NCBI GenBank assembly: GCA_031409335.1
Contig: JANNWY010000299.1
Coordinates: forward strand, 1-57,494
From: Chthoniobacteraceae bacterium
GTDB lineage: Bacteria > Verrucomicrobiota > Verrucomicrobiia > Chthoniobacterales > Chthoniobacteraceae
Direction of reading: 5' to 3'
DNA: 57,494 bases
The notes under the pieces are model-generated. The model saw only the letters and a list, made by a program, of their open reading frames with translations, ran no database searches and was not told where the DNA came from. This document shows, piece after piece, positions 38,498 through 48,277 of the stretch. Positions within the stretch are counted from its first letter, which is position 1. Each line of letters starts with the position of its first letter. The position numbers were made by a program, and so were the translations under genes.

Positions 38498-41400
38498 CTA
38501 CTGCGTCAGCAGCAACCGCAAAAATTTCCTCGTCTCACCGGGCGCGATACTGAATTTCACGCGCACGCGTGGATCGCCGGTCACGGCGTCGGGCGTCAGG
38601 TTTTCAGTCGCGTCCGGCACCACCGTGCTCCAGTCGCTCGCTAGCGGGATCGAGATCTGGTGCTCGCGGCTGGTGAGAATCGCGCGGGCATTCACGCGAT
38701 AGGTCAGCGTGAGAAAGAGTGGCGTGCCAGTCGGCGGCTCGATCGCGAATTGCGGCAGCGCGGCGCGGTCGGTGGCGTTCGCGGTGGTGAGCGGATCGAG
38801 ATTGTGGAAGAACTCCGCGAGATTTCCGATCCCATCGGAATCGGAATCGCCGTTCACTCCGGTGACGCCACGCGCGGCGGCCCATTGCGCGAAGGTCGAT
38901 TGCACGATGAGCGTCGCGCCGTTGCTCGTCACGCTGCCCGCGGTGTTCGTCGCGATGCAAGTGTACAAGCCATCATGCGCGGTGCCGACGCCGCTGAGCG
39001 CGAGCGTCGCCGAGGTCATCCCCGGCAGATCGTCGCCGTTAAATTTCCACTGAAAGGTGAGCGGCGCGGAACCCGTCGCCGCAACGGTGAACGAAGCGCT
39101 GCCGCCCTGCGGCGCTGCCTGGACGGTGGGATGGGTGGTGAAAAATGGCGCGGGCGGCAGAATGTTTCGCGCGCCCGGCGTGGGCACGAGTCCGCTTTGA
39201 ATCGTCTGCCCATCAAGGATGCGGCCTTGCGTGGCAGTCGCGGATTGCACACCGAAACTGACCACGTCGATCGCCGTGAACGATGCGTTGTTATTTGAAA
39301 TGCGCAGATATTCCGCGCCGCCATCGAGCGTGAAATTGACGTGATTGCGCCCGAGTTCCGGCGCGCCGTCCGCTTCCCATTTCACCCACTTCCCGCCGTC
39401 GATGAAACTCAACGCGGCGATCTGAAATTTTGCGCGCCCGAGTTCGCTCGGATCATCGGTGAGATACAGGCCCGCCATCGCGACGGGCAGCGGATCGAGG
39501 TTGTGGAGTTCAAACCAATCCGCCTGCGCATTCAGCGAGGCCGCCCATTCGTTGATGCGCAATTGCGCGGTCGCACCGAGAGCCGCCGCCGCGGAATTCG
39601 CCACGCCGCGCGTCGTCGCGGCGAGCAGTTTCCACACGCCCGAATCGCGGCCGATGCTGCGATCGGGAATCTGGAAACCCCACTGGATCGAATCCACAAT
39701 CCGGCCCGCCGCATCGAATAGGAAAACCGCGCCGCTCACCTCGTCGAGGACGAATCCGGTGTTCAAAGTCGGCGAAGCAGCGGTGCTCGCCGGCTGGAGC
39801 GATTCGCACCAAATCGCGATGACTCCACCAGCAGGAATATTCGTGCCGGCAGGAATCGTCCACGCTGCACCCGCGTTTCCAGACGGGCCGATTTTTATGC
39901 CGCCGGCGTTGAAGTCGGACGCGCCTGGGTTGACGAGTTCGATCCAATCCGAGCGATTGCCCCACGGCGCGAGATCGCCAGCCACATTGCGCGCGAGGAT
40001 TTCATTCAGCACCGGCCCGCTGTAACCTCCGGACACATAGTTTGCAGCGCCAGGGCTCGCGGTGCCGGGGAATGCGACGATCGTCGTCGCGCCATCGGGC
40101 AGGCGGCCAGCCGCGACGCTTTGCGCCTGCGCGCCAAATGTGACGGAATCAAGAACAGCGTTCGCGCCATCGCGCAGCGAAACGCTCGTTCCTGTGGCAT
40201 CGAGCTTGAGGTCGAGGTGACTTCCGCCGGGCATTTCGTCGGCCAGCATTTGCACCCAGCCGAGCGGCGCGACGAAGGCAAGCGCATTGACCTGAAAAAG
40301 CTGCGTCGCCGTCTGCACAAACACGCCCCGCAAGGCAACGGGCAGCGTGGCGTGTTTGTTAAACAGCTCGATCCAGTCGCTTGCGCCAGGCGCGCTGTTC
40401 GCCAGCCATTCGTTGATCGCGAGGTTCGCCGCTGGAGCCGTCGGCGTGCTCGTGTTTGCCGCTCCCGGAGTCCTTTCGCAAAGCATCCACGCACCGGACA
40501 CCCGGCCGATCGAGGCACCCGCGATCTGGTTTCCCCAAACCACGCCATCGACGCGCGTGGCGAGCGTGGCCTCGGTGTAAATGCCGATGCTGCCTTCGTC
40601 TTGTGGCAGCGTGGCGAGGTGGGTGTAAAAGCCATCCGCCGCGAGCATGGTGCCGCCCGGAATCGCCGCGGTGATGGAGCCGCGGATTTGCCATCCGCCG
40701 ATCGGGATGGGCGAGCCAGTCTTGTTGCGAAGCTCGATGAATCCCTCGCCCGCCGCGCCCACCTCGCTCAGCTCGACGCTCTGCGCACCGGGCGTGGAAT
40801 TCGCGATGCCCGGCGTGCCTTTCAGCGCGGCGCTTGCCTTCCAGTTGAACGGATCATTGGGATCGCCATTCGCGGCGATGATCTCCAGCGAATAGCCGCC
40901 ACCGTCCGGCGTCGTCGGCCACGGATTCGTGTCATCGTACTCGACCGCGACCATCGTCCGCCCCGTCGCATCGCGCAGGGCAAGGCGCTCGCCATTGTTG
41001 TCGAGGCTGCCGCCAAAATATCCCACGGTGGCCACGCCCGGATATTGGGCGGTGAAGACGGCGGGCGCATTGTTACTCCCGATCACCACCCGCGCACCGG
41101 CCCCGATCGTGAATCCAAACGGGAACACAAAATCGACGCCCGTCATGTGCCAGCCAGCCATATCGACGGTCTCACTGCCCGTGTTTTGCAGCTCGATGAA
41201 TTCCGCTGAAGCGCCGCCATTTGCAGTGGGCGGATTGTACATGATCTCGGTGATGCGGATGGGTGAAGCCGCCAAGCCCACCGTGAAAGTCGCCTCGTTC
41301 AAAGCACTCCACACGCCGCTATTCAAAATGCGGGATTTGATCGTCGTCGTTTCAGTGATCGTGATGGGTGCAGTGTAAGCCTGTGCCGTCGGCGCGACCG

Positions 41401-44400
41401 ATGCCGCCGTGGCCCCAGTCGTGGGTGTGTAGTAAATATGCGGATCGTTCCCATCGGTCGTGAAATGGATGGTTCCAGCGTTGCCCGGCCGATTCATCGC
41501 CACGATCGAGCCTGCACTCAGCGTCCCAGTTCCGATGATCGTTCCAGTCGTCGTGTTTTGCCGGAATTGCGGTGCCAGCAGGGTGGGATAGAGTCCGCCA
41601 GTTTGGAGCTGGCTGAGGACCGTCGCGGGACGGCCCGCGGCGGCAAAGTAAGTCCCGGTTTTGCGCGTGTTTTCCGCGAGCCACTGATTCTCGCGCGTGT
41701 AGAGGACGTAGGTGCCGGTCTGGTAGTTATGCACGTCGCGCCGGTAGTCGCCCCAGCGCACGCTTTCGCCCACGATCGGCTTGTCCATGACAGCCTGCCA
41801 TTTCTGCCAGCGCGCGATGTTCGCGGCGGGCGTGAGCGCGCCGACCGGCGAGATCATGTGCCGGTGAACGCGGTCGGCAAAATCGAGCCGGTATTGCGCG
41901 TGGCTCACGAGCTTCGTGTGCAAGCCGCTGGCCACATCGGCGTTGGCCACGCGATTGACGGTCGTTTCGAGGAGCGTGCATTCCTGATCCCACGGGATGT
42001 ATTGGAATTTCCCCTCGGTCGGATTCGTCGCGCTCGACCGCCTGCGGATCGCGTACCAGTTTTTGATGTTCCCCCAATCCTGATGGCCGTTGAAGAAGTG
42101 CAGCAGCGTGTAGTCGATGTGCTCGGTGACATCGAGGTATCCCTTCATCGTTTCGTAAAGCGCGTTCGTCGTCGTCGTTGGCAGCCCGGTCATCGTGTTA
42201 TAGATGGTCGCCGCGCCCGCGCGCGCGACGCCCTCGTGGATCACATCGTAGTCGAGCTTGTCGCCGCCGAGATAGGCCTTTCCAAAGCCATCCACGGGCT
42301 GCTCGGCAAAATCGTAAGTGCCCCAGTATAGCCCGTTGATGAACAGGTGAAAGAAGCGGTGATAACTCGCCGGGCCACCCATGTCGCGGAAGGTGTTCTT
42401 GAGAAAAGCATCGTGCAGCCGCGTGGCGCGCGTGCGCTGGAACAGGCCGGCCCCATTTGTATTATCGTCGCTCCAGTGCCGCCACGAACTGTTGAAATCC
42501 GGGCGCAGGATGATGTCGTCGAACTCCTCGACCGGCGAATCGGGATACAGCTTGTAGTTGAGCGAGCCCGCGCCGTAGTCGCCCTTGAACTTTAGCTGGA
42601 AGCCATGCTTTGGATTCTTCAGCGGATCGCGGCTGGCATTGCCGTGGCCACTGATCCCGCAGATTTCCGAAAAGGCAGTCGAGCCATCCGGCAGGACCAT
42701 TTCCACGGCGCACTTTTTGTAGCCGAAGTTTTTGTTCGTAACATTCGGCGTCGAATACATGCCGGTCGGGTTGAACATGTCCGCCATCGGAATCGTGACC
42801 GAGAGCAGCGGCAGCTCGCGCATTCCGTCCTTGAAACGCTGGAGCTTCACCGGGTCGATGGCGCTCGCCCCGTTGTTCGGATCGACCCGCAGCGGATCAC
42901 TGTCCACCTCGTAGTCCGCCGGCACGACCCCTCCGGGGAAGCTCGCGTGCGCTCCCCAGTTTGTGGGGAAGCCAGCGGGCGTGTTGGGTTGCGGCAGCAC
43001 CTGATCGAGGTAGATGTAACTGTGCGTCACCGGCAGGCTCGGGATTTTTGTCGCGCTAAATGCGACCGCCCGCAGGCATTTCGTCGTGCTGATCGTGATG
43101 GGTCCGCTGTAAAGGATTCCTGTCGTCGCCGTGGGTTCCGAAAAATCCGTCGTGTAGCGAATCGTCGCGCTCGCATCCGGGCACGAGAGGACTAGCTGAA
43201 AAGCATCTTGGAAGTAACCCCGACCCACGCTGGCGTTCACCCGCGCGGTGATCGCCGTGAGCGTGCTCACGCCATTGGCGAGATTGGGTTTCGGTGGACT
43301 GAAATAACGCAGCGCACCGCCAGTCTGCGGACCATAGCTGTAGTCCGTCCGCTGCTCGGGATACTCCGTCACGGGAGGCGTCGCATTCGGGTTGTAGTTC
43401 GGTGGGAATTGGGAAAAAACCGCACGCGGAGAATCCGGCCCGCTCAGCGCGAGATAACCGCCGTTTTCATTGAGCTGAAAGTTCGTGTGAAGGTTGCCAC
43501 TCGCAGGCTTCCGGTTTTTCCCGGAAGCGAAAACCACCAGATAGGCTCCCGGCGCGATCGTCCGACTTGGGAAGACCCATTGCCCCGGATCATCCACATC
43601 GTTCGTCAACGCCCATCCCACCAGATTGACCGCGACGGTCCCGGCGTTGAAGAGTTCGATCCAATCCGAGTTCTCCACGTTCTCGTCCGCCAGCCCCACG
43701 CCATTCGCCGCGAGGAATTCGTTGATCACCACATTCCCAATCCCTGTCGCACTCAGCGTCACCGTCCAGCTTCCACCCGCAAAGGCATTCGGCACCGCTG
43801 CCGTATCCACGATGCCATGCGCCACCGCCCACGCAAAATTCACGCTGCCCGGGATCGGTTGCGGGAATGTGAAAACGTAAGGGCCGAACCCACCGCCAGT
43901 CACCGCCGCCGCGGGACTGCCATTGATCGTCAGGTCCGCCGCATCCACGCCAGTGACCGCTTCATTGAATGTCACCTCCACTTGCGAAAGCGCGCCCACC
44001 GTCGCCGTCGCGGCTGGGGCAATGAGCGCCACCGTCGGCGGGATCGTGTCATTCAGCGTGCAGGCCCAGGATGCCCCCGCGAAAGCGCCCGTCCCAGCTT
44101 GTCCTGAGATGCCATGGTCACCATCGAACGCAATATCCACCGTTCCCGGCAGCGGCTGCGTGAACGTGAAAACGTAAGGGCCTGCGCCCAATCCCGTGAC
44201 GAGCAGCGCACCATTTGAGTTGATCAAAAGATCATCCGCATCGACCCCCGTCACCGCTTCGTTAAACGTGACCGAGATGGTCGTCAGCGAGCTGACCGTC
44301 GCGGCGGGAGCTGGCGTGCGCGTCGAAATCGTCGGCACCGCTTCCGCGAAATGCGGAAGGAGGAAGGTGAATACGAGGGTGAGAAGGCGTTTGTAGTGTG

Positions 44401-44404
44401 GCAT
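38498..44404 (-). CDS. Secreted multidomain CotH-kinase / lamin-tail-domain protein
   Basis: Signal peptide; two Ig-like repeats 'VTFNEAVTGVDA'; LTD motifs 'VVINEFLAAN..DWIELFN' repeated; 'IRYTTD.SEP'; CotH-like 'LFINGLYWG.Y', 'DWGNIKNWY', 'YIPWDQE'; Ig 'PLTFQWKFNG'. Start reassigned to ATG 44404. Confidence 0.88.
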   Translation of the reverse strand: MPHYKRLLTLVFTFLLPHFAEAVPTISTRTPAPAATVSSLTTISVTFNEAVTGVDADDLLINSNGALLVTGLGAGPYVFTFTQPLPGTVDIAFDGDHGISGQAGTGAFAGASWACTLNDTIPPTVALIAPAATATVGALSQVEVTFNEAVTGVDAADLTINGSPAAAVTGGGFGPYVFTFPQPIPGSVNFAWAVAHGIVDTAAVPNAFAGGSWTVTLSATGIGNVVINEFLAANGVGLADENVENSDWIELFNAGTVAVNLVGWALTNDVDDPGQWVFPSRTIAPGAYLVVFASGKNRKPASGNLHTNFQLNENGGYLALSGPDSPRAVFSQFPPNYNPNATPPVTEYPEQRTDYSYGPQTGGALRYFSPPKPNLANGVSTLTAITARVNASVGRGYFQDAFQLVLSCPDASATIRYTTDFSEPTATTGILYSGPITISTTKCLRAVAFSATKIPSLPVTHSYIYLDQVLPQPNTPAGFPTNWGAHASFPGGVVPADYEVDSDPLRVDPNNGASAIDPVKLQRFKDGMRELPLLSVTIPMADMFNPTGMYSTPNVTNKNFGYKKCAVEMVLPDGSTAFSEICGISGHGNASRDPLKNPKHGFQLKFKGDYGAGSLNYKLYPDSPVEEFDDIILRPDFNSSWRHWSDDNTNGAGLFQRTRATRLHDAFLKNTFRDMGGPASYHRFFHLFINGLYWGTYDFAEQPVDGFGKAYLGGDKLDYDVIHEGVARAGAATIYNTMTGLPTTTTNALYETMKGYLDVTEHIDYTLLHFFNGHQDWGNIKNWYAIRRRSSATNPTEGKFQYIPWDQECTLLETTVNRVANADVASGLHTKLVSHAQYRLDFADRVHRHMISPVGALTPAANIARWQKWQAVMDKPIVGESVRWGDYRRDVHNYQTGTYVLYTRENQWLAENTRKTGTYFAAAGRPATVLSQLQTGGLYPTLLAPQFRQNTTTGTIIGTGTLSAGSIVAMNRPGNAGTIHFTTDGNDPHIYYTPTTGATAASVAPTAQAYTAPITITETTTIKSRILNSGVWSALNEATFTVGLAASPIRITEIMYNPPTANGGASAEFIELQNTGSETVDMAGWHMTGVDFVFPFGFTIGAGARVVIGSNNAPAVFTAQYPGVATVGYFGGSLDNNGERLALRDATGRTMVAVEYDDTNPWPTTPDGGGYSLEIIAANGDPNDPFNWKASAALKGTPGIANSTPGAQSVELSEVGAAGEGFIELRNKTGSPIPIGGWQIRGSITAAIPGGTMLAADGFYTHLATLPQDEGSIGIYTEATLATRVDGVVWGNQIAGASIGRVSGAWMLCERTPGAANTSTPTAPAANLAINEWLANSAPGASDWIELFNKHATLPVALRGVFVQTATQLFQVNALAFVAPLGWVQMLADEMPGGSHLDLKLDATGTSVSLRDGANAVLDSVTFGAQAQSVAAGRLPDGATTIVAFPGTASPGAANYVSGGYSGPVLNEILARNVAGDLAPWGNRSDWIELVNPGASDFNAGGIKIGPSGNAGAAWTIPAGTNIPAGGVIAIWCESLQPASTAASPTLNTGFVLDEVSGAVFLFDAAGRIVDSIQWGFQIPDRSIGRDSGVWKLLAATTRGVANSAAAALGATAQLRINEWAASLNAQADWFELHNLDPLPVAMAGLYLTDDPSELGRAKFQIAALSFIDGGKWVKWEADGAPELGRNHVNFTLDGGAEYLRISNNNASFTAIDVVSFGVQSATATQGRILDGQTIQSGLVPTPGARNILPPAPFFTTHPTVQAAPQGGSASFTVAATGSAPLTFQWKFNGDDLPGMTSATLALSGVGTAHDGLYTCIATNTAGSVTSNGATLIVQSTFAQWAAARGVTGVNGDSDSDGIGNLAEFFHNLDPLTTANATDRAALPQFAIEPPTGTPLFLTLTYRVNARAILTSREHQISIPLASDWSTVVPDATENLTPDAVTGDPRVRVKFSIAPGETRKFLRLLLTQ

Positions 44405-44512
44405 GGATGGGGGGTCGGAGGCAGTGTAGCCGGAGAATAAGCTGGGTGCCGCCCGACGCAACTCCCCGGTCGAAATCCGCAATCTCCACGCGGCCCTGCC
44501 GTTGGCCGCCGC

Positions 44513-44947
44513 CTACTGCCGGGCGAGACTCTTTGACTTCCGGAAAGCCTCCACGGCCTTCTTCTCCGATCCGGCTTTCTCGTAAAGCACCGCAAGATTC
44601 TGCCATGCCTCCTGATGCGTGGGATCAATGTGGACCGTTTCTTCAAACGCCCCGATCGCCTCATCGTTGTGCCCGTCCGCCATCGCGAATTTTCCCCGGG
44701 TGAATGCTTCCGCCTCGGCCTCGATCCGATCGTCCATCATCGGCAATTCCGGCTCCACGGCAGGAATGGGCAATGAGGAACGGCCCGGTTTCGCCAGCTT
44801 TGGCGCCTCCGCCGTCGCCGGAAGGCGGATCAATTGCGCCTTTTTCGCCAGGGCGATTTCGACCGATGTGCCCGGCGGGGTGTGAACGCAGGCGCCCGCA
44901 ACTCCGAGAGCGAGTGTCGCGATGCTTACTTTGGAAATCGGCGTCAT
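44513..44947 (-). CDS. TPR-containing lipoprotein
   Basis: Lipobox 'VAGAC'; TPR 'EAIGAFEETVHIDPTHQEAWQNLAVLYEK.G'. Start reassigned to ATG 44947. Confidence 0.8.
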   Translation of the reverse strand: MTPISKVSIATLALGVAGACVHTPPGTSVEIALAKKAQLIRLPATAEAPKLAKPGRSSLPIPAVEPELPMMDDRIEAEAEAFTRGKFAMADGHNDEAIGAFEETVHIDPTHQEAWQNLAVLYEKAGSEKKAVEAFRKSKSLARQ

Positions 44948-45169
44948 TGGCAACAGAAAGATATATTTTCCATATAGCACGATCCTTGCCCAAAGCTCAA
45001 TCCCAATCCTCACGAAACTAGTTTTTGAGCCAGGGATAAACTGGCGATTCCGACACTTTGATGACCGCCGTGTCGCCCTTCATCTCGAAGGGAGCGTTCT
45101 CCGCCCGCGATCCGCATCTGCGGAGCCGTCTCGCAAAGGCCGCGCGCCATCGCCTCGAATAGTTGGCGA

Positions 45170-45620
45170 TAAGCCTAAAACCGGCGATGAAGATTGCCGC
45201 GGAGGACACGGAGGACACGGAAAACGCGGATAAGCCTAAATCCGGGAATGAAGATGACTGCGGATTGCGCGGATTGACGCGGATTCCGAGATTTGCAACG
45301 CGATGACCGCGAACAAGACGTTCACCCAATGGGTGAGCGTCGCCTTTGTCGCAAGTGCCTCTGAATCCGCGTCAATCCGCGTAATCCGCGGCTTCCAATT
45401 CCGGATTTGCGCTTACCCTAAATCCGGCGATGGAGTTACCGCGAAAGACGCGAAAGACGCGGGTAAGCAGCGGTTTGGGCCGCAACCTGAAACAGACCCC
45501 GTCTCACCGAATGGGTGAATGCGACCGAGCCCACCGCCTGCCATCGAAGTCCTTCCTCCTCCGCGTTTTCCGTGTCCTCCGCATCCTCCGCGGTAATTTC
45601 CATCACCGTTTTTTGGCTTA
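45170..45620. mobile_element. Nested composite of MITE/REP-like inverted-repeat elements with 9-nt-period arms
   Basis: Outer arms 45170-45230 and 45560-45620 (53/61 by hand alignment); inner arms 45231-45286 and 45363-45415; third unpaired arm 45414-45466; shared head 'ta.gcctaaa.ccgg..atg.ag'. Confidence 0.75.
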
Positions 45621-46397
45621 CTTTTGCACCGTCCCCCACCGCCGATGGAGAAAACGCTCCCACGGTGAAAAGAGGATTTTGTCCGCAAGCAGGCCGATCA
45701 CCACGATCACGAACATCACGCCCATCACCTGATCCATCGCCGTCAACTCGCGCCCGTAGTGCAGCAGGTGCCCGAGCCCGGAGCCGGTGAGGATGGTGAC
45801 GTAAATCTCCGCCGCCATCAGCGAGCGCCACGCAAAGGCCCAGCCTTGTTTCACGCCGCTCACGATGAATGGCAGCGACGCCGGGAGGATCACCTTGAGC
45901 CAGGTGTGCAAACCGCGCGATCCCATCGTCTGGGCCGCGCGCTGGTAGATCGGCGGCACATTGCGCACGCCATTGTCGGTGGAAATCTGGACCGACCACA
46001 GCGTGCCCATGATGACCACAAACTGCATCGCCCCTTCCGTCTGCCCAAACCAGATGAGCGCCAGCGGCACCCAGCACACACTCGGCAGCGTCTGCAATCC
46101 CAGCCCGATCACGCCGATGGTGTCGCCCGCCCACTTAAATCGCGCGGTCAGCAATCCCAGCGGCACGCCGAGAATCACGCCTGCAAAATACCCGAGCAGC
46201 AATCGCTTCGTGGTCACGCCGAGCGCCTCGACGAGGGTGCCATTGTGCGTCTCGGTCACCAAATACTGCCAGACGCTCAGCGGATCGGGGATGAGCACCG
46301 GCGACCAGCGGCCGCTGCGCACCATGTGGTCGCGCCCGAAATGCCAGATGGCAATCAGCGCGACGAAAAAAGTCAGGGCCGTGACGAATCGCTTCAT
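45618..46397 (-). CDS. NitT/TauT (SsuC-like) ABC permease
   Basis: 'LQTLPSVCWVPLALIWFG', EAA-like 'RAAQTMG', 'WAFAWRSLMAAE'. Confidence 0.92.
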   Translation of the reverse strand: MKRFVTALTFFVALIAIWHFGRDHMVRSGRWSPVLIPDPLSVWQYLVTETHNGTLVEALGVTTKRLLLGYFAGVILGVPLGLLTARFKWAGDTIGVIGLGLQTLPSVCWVPLALIWFGQTEGAMQFVVIMGTLWSVQISTDNGVRNVPPIYQRAAQTMGSRGLHTWLKVILPASLPFIVSGVKQGWAFAWRSLMAAEIYVTILTGSGLGHLLHYGRELTAMDQVMGVMFVIVVIGLLADKILFSPWERFLHRRWGTVQK

Positions 46398-46401
46398 CGA
46401 A

Positions 46402-47214
46402 TCAATCGGCGACCTCGGCTCCGGCCTTGTGCGATTTGAGCGCCCGGGTGATCTCCGAGGCGTAGCCCGCGAGCGACGAGCTGTTGATGTCGCGCGGGCG
46501 CGGCAGGTCGATCTTGAACTGCTCCCGGATGCGTCCCGGATGCGGCGAGAAAAGGACCACGCGATCCCCGAGGCAGGCGGCTTCGCGCACGTTGTGCGTC
46601 ACAAAGACGATCGTCTTTTTCCGCGCCGACCAGATGTTTTGCAGATCGCCGTAAAGCTGCTCGCGGGTCATCGCGTCGAGCGCGCCGAACGGCTCGTCCA
46701 TCAGCAGCATTCGCGGATTCGGCGCGAGCGAACGTGCCAGCGCCACGCGTTGCCGCATCCCGCCGGAGAGTTCGTGGATGTTCGACTTCATGTAGCGCTC
46801 GAGCCCGACCAGTTTGAGGTAATACTGCGCGACTTCCCGGCGCTCCGCGTCCTTCAGGCCCGGCTTCAGTTTCAGCCCGAACATCACGTTGCCGATCACG
46901 TTCAACCACGGAAACAGCGCCGATTCCTGAAACATCATCATGCGCTCGCGGCCTGGCTCGCGCACGAGTTTCCCATCGGTCGTGATCGTTCCCGAGTCGG
47001 GATGTTCGAGTCCTGCGATCATGTTGAGCAGCGTCGATTTTCCGCAACCGCTCTGCCCCACGAGACAGACGAATTCCGCCTCATCCACCGACAGACTCAC
47101 ATCATCGAGCGCGTGCGTCTTTACCACGCCCTCGCGAAACCACTTCGAGACGTGGTCGATCGACAGCTTGAGCGGCTTGACGAGCTTGAGCTCTTCCGTG
47201 ACTCCGTCGCTCAT
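46402..47214 (-). CDS. NitT/TauT (SsuB-like) ABC ATP-binding protein
   Basis: 'GQSGCGKST', 'FQESALFPW', 'LSGGMRQR', 'MDEPFGALD', 'VTHNV.EA'. Start reassigned to ATG 47214 (ATGA overlap). Confidence 0.94.
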   Translation of the reverse strand: MSDGVTEELKLVKPLKLSIDHVSKWFREGVVKTHALDDVSLSVDEAEFVCLVGQSGCGKSTLLNMIAGLEHPDSGTITTDGKLVREPGRERMMMFQESALFPWLNVIGNVMFGLKLKPGLKDAERREVAQYYLKLVGLERYMKSNIHELSGGMRQRVALARSLAPNPRMLLMDEPFGALDAMTREQLYGDLQNIWSARKKTIVFVTHNVREAACLGDRVVLFSPHPGRIREQFKIDLPRPRDINSSSLAGYASEITRALKSHKAGAEVAD

Positions 47215-48197
47215 TGCTGCGGCGCCATGAGACGCGCGAGGTCGATCTTGCCCTTGAGAAAGCCGACGTTCTGCGCCTCCTCCACGAACGAGGCAAACGC
47301 CTCGCGCTCGATCGCGCTCGTGAAGGTCAGCCGTGGCCACGCTTTCTCGATCAATTCAGGGGACATTTCGCGTTTGGTGAGTGCTTTCAGTTCCGCGTTC
47401 ACGAGCAACTTCGCTTCGGCTGGATTTTGGTTGATCCAATCCGTCAGCGCGGCGTGTGCGGCGGCGAACTTCTTCACGAGTTCGGGCTGCGCGGCGAGAA
47501 ATTTCGTGGACGAGACCAGCACGGTCGTTATGGCGTCCTTCTGTTCGAGGAAGAGCGTCCCCTTCGCGTCGAGTTCAAGCCGCGAGACCCACGGCTCCAC
47601 CGTCCACGCACCATCGATCCGTCCGGAGGTGAAGAGCGCAATCTGATCGGGATTTGCGACCGGCACCACCTTCACATCACCGCCGAGTTGCGTGATGTGG
47701 TAGCCCTGCTTTTTCAGCCACGCGCGGCACGCCACATCCTGCGTATTTCCGAGTTGCGGAGTTGCGATCACACGGCCCTTGAAATCCGCCGGCACCCGCA
47801 GCCGCCCATCGGGCTGCACCACCAGCGCCGCACCGCCCGTCACCGCGCCCGCGACGATCCGCACCTCCTCGCCCTGTGCCCTCACATACAGATTCAGCGC
47901 CGGATTCGGCCCGACATAAGTGAGGTCGATCGACCCCGCCGCGATCGCCTCCATCGCCGACGGTCCCGCATTGTAAACGAACCACTGAATCTTCACCTCC
48001 GGCCCGAGCCACTTCTCAAACCATCCTTTTCCCTGCCGCGAAAGTTGCGCGCCCACCAGCGCCTGCGCGTGCGTGATATTCGGAAAATGCCCGATGCGCA
48101 CCGTCGTCTGCCCGGGCTGCGCTGCCCGGTCCCCGCGCGGGATCGGCTTGCACGAAACTGCCAGGCAGGCCGCCAGTAGGATTCGCAGGATTTTCAT
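47211..48197 (-). CDS. SsuA-like substrate-binding lipoprotein (sulfonate/anion)
   Basis: Lipobox 'LAVSC'; 'GHFPNITHAQA', 'NAGPSAMEA', 'YVGPNPA', 'TPQLGNTQDVA', 'EPW'. Start reassigned to ATG 48197. Confidence 0.9.
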   Translation of the reverse strand: MKILRILLAACLAVSCKPIPRGDRAAQPGQTTVRIGHFPNITHAQALVGAQLSRQGKGWFEKWLGPEVKIQWFVYNAGPSAMEAIAAGSIDLTYVGPNPALNLYVRAQGEEVRIVAGAVTGGAALVVQPDGRLRVPADFKGRVIATPQLGNTQDVACRAWLKKQGYHITQLGGDVKVVPVANPDQIALFTSGRIDGAWTVEPWVSRLELDAKGTLFLEQKDAITTVLVSSTKFLAAQPELVKKFAAAHAALTDWINQNPAEAKLLVNAELKALTKREMSPELIEKAWPRLTFTSAIEREAFASFVEEAQNVGFLKGKIDLARLMAPQQ

Positions 48198-48277
48198 GGG
48201 ATGCCTCCCGAATGGAGCCGGGGCGCGCGTTTGATTAGTTGGCATTCCACCAATGGCAACATTCTTCCGGCGCGCGG

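Noticed and set aside
45170..45466. Three direct head repeats as a mini CRISPR array
   Set aside because: Spacing is irregular (61 and 183 nt), heads are degenerate, inverted partners exist and there are no cas genes.
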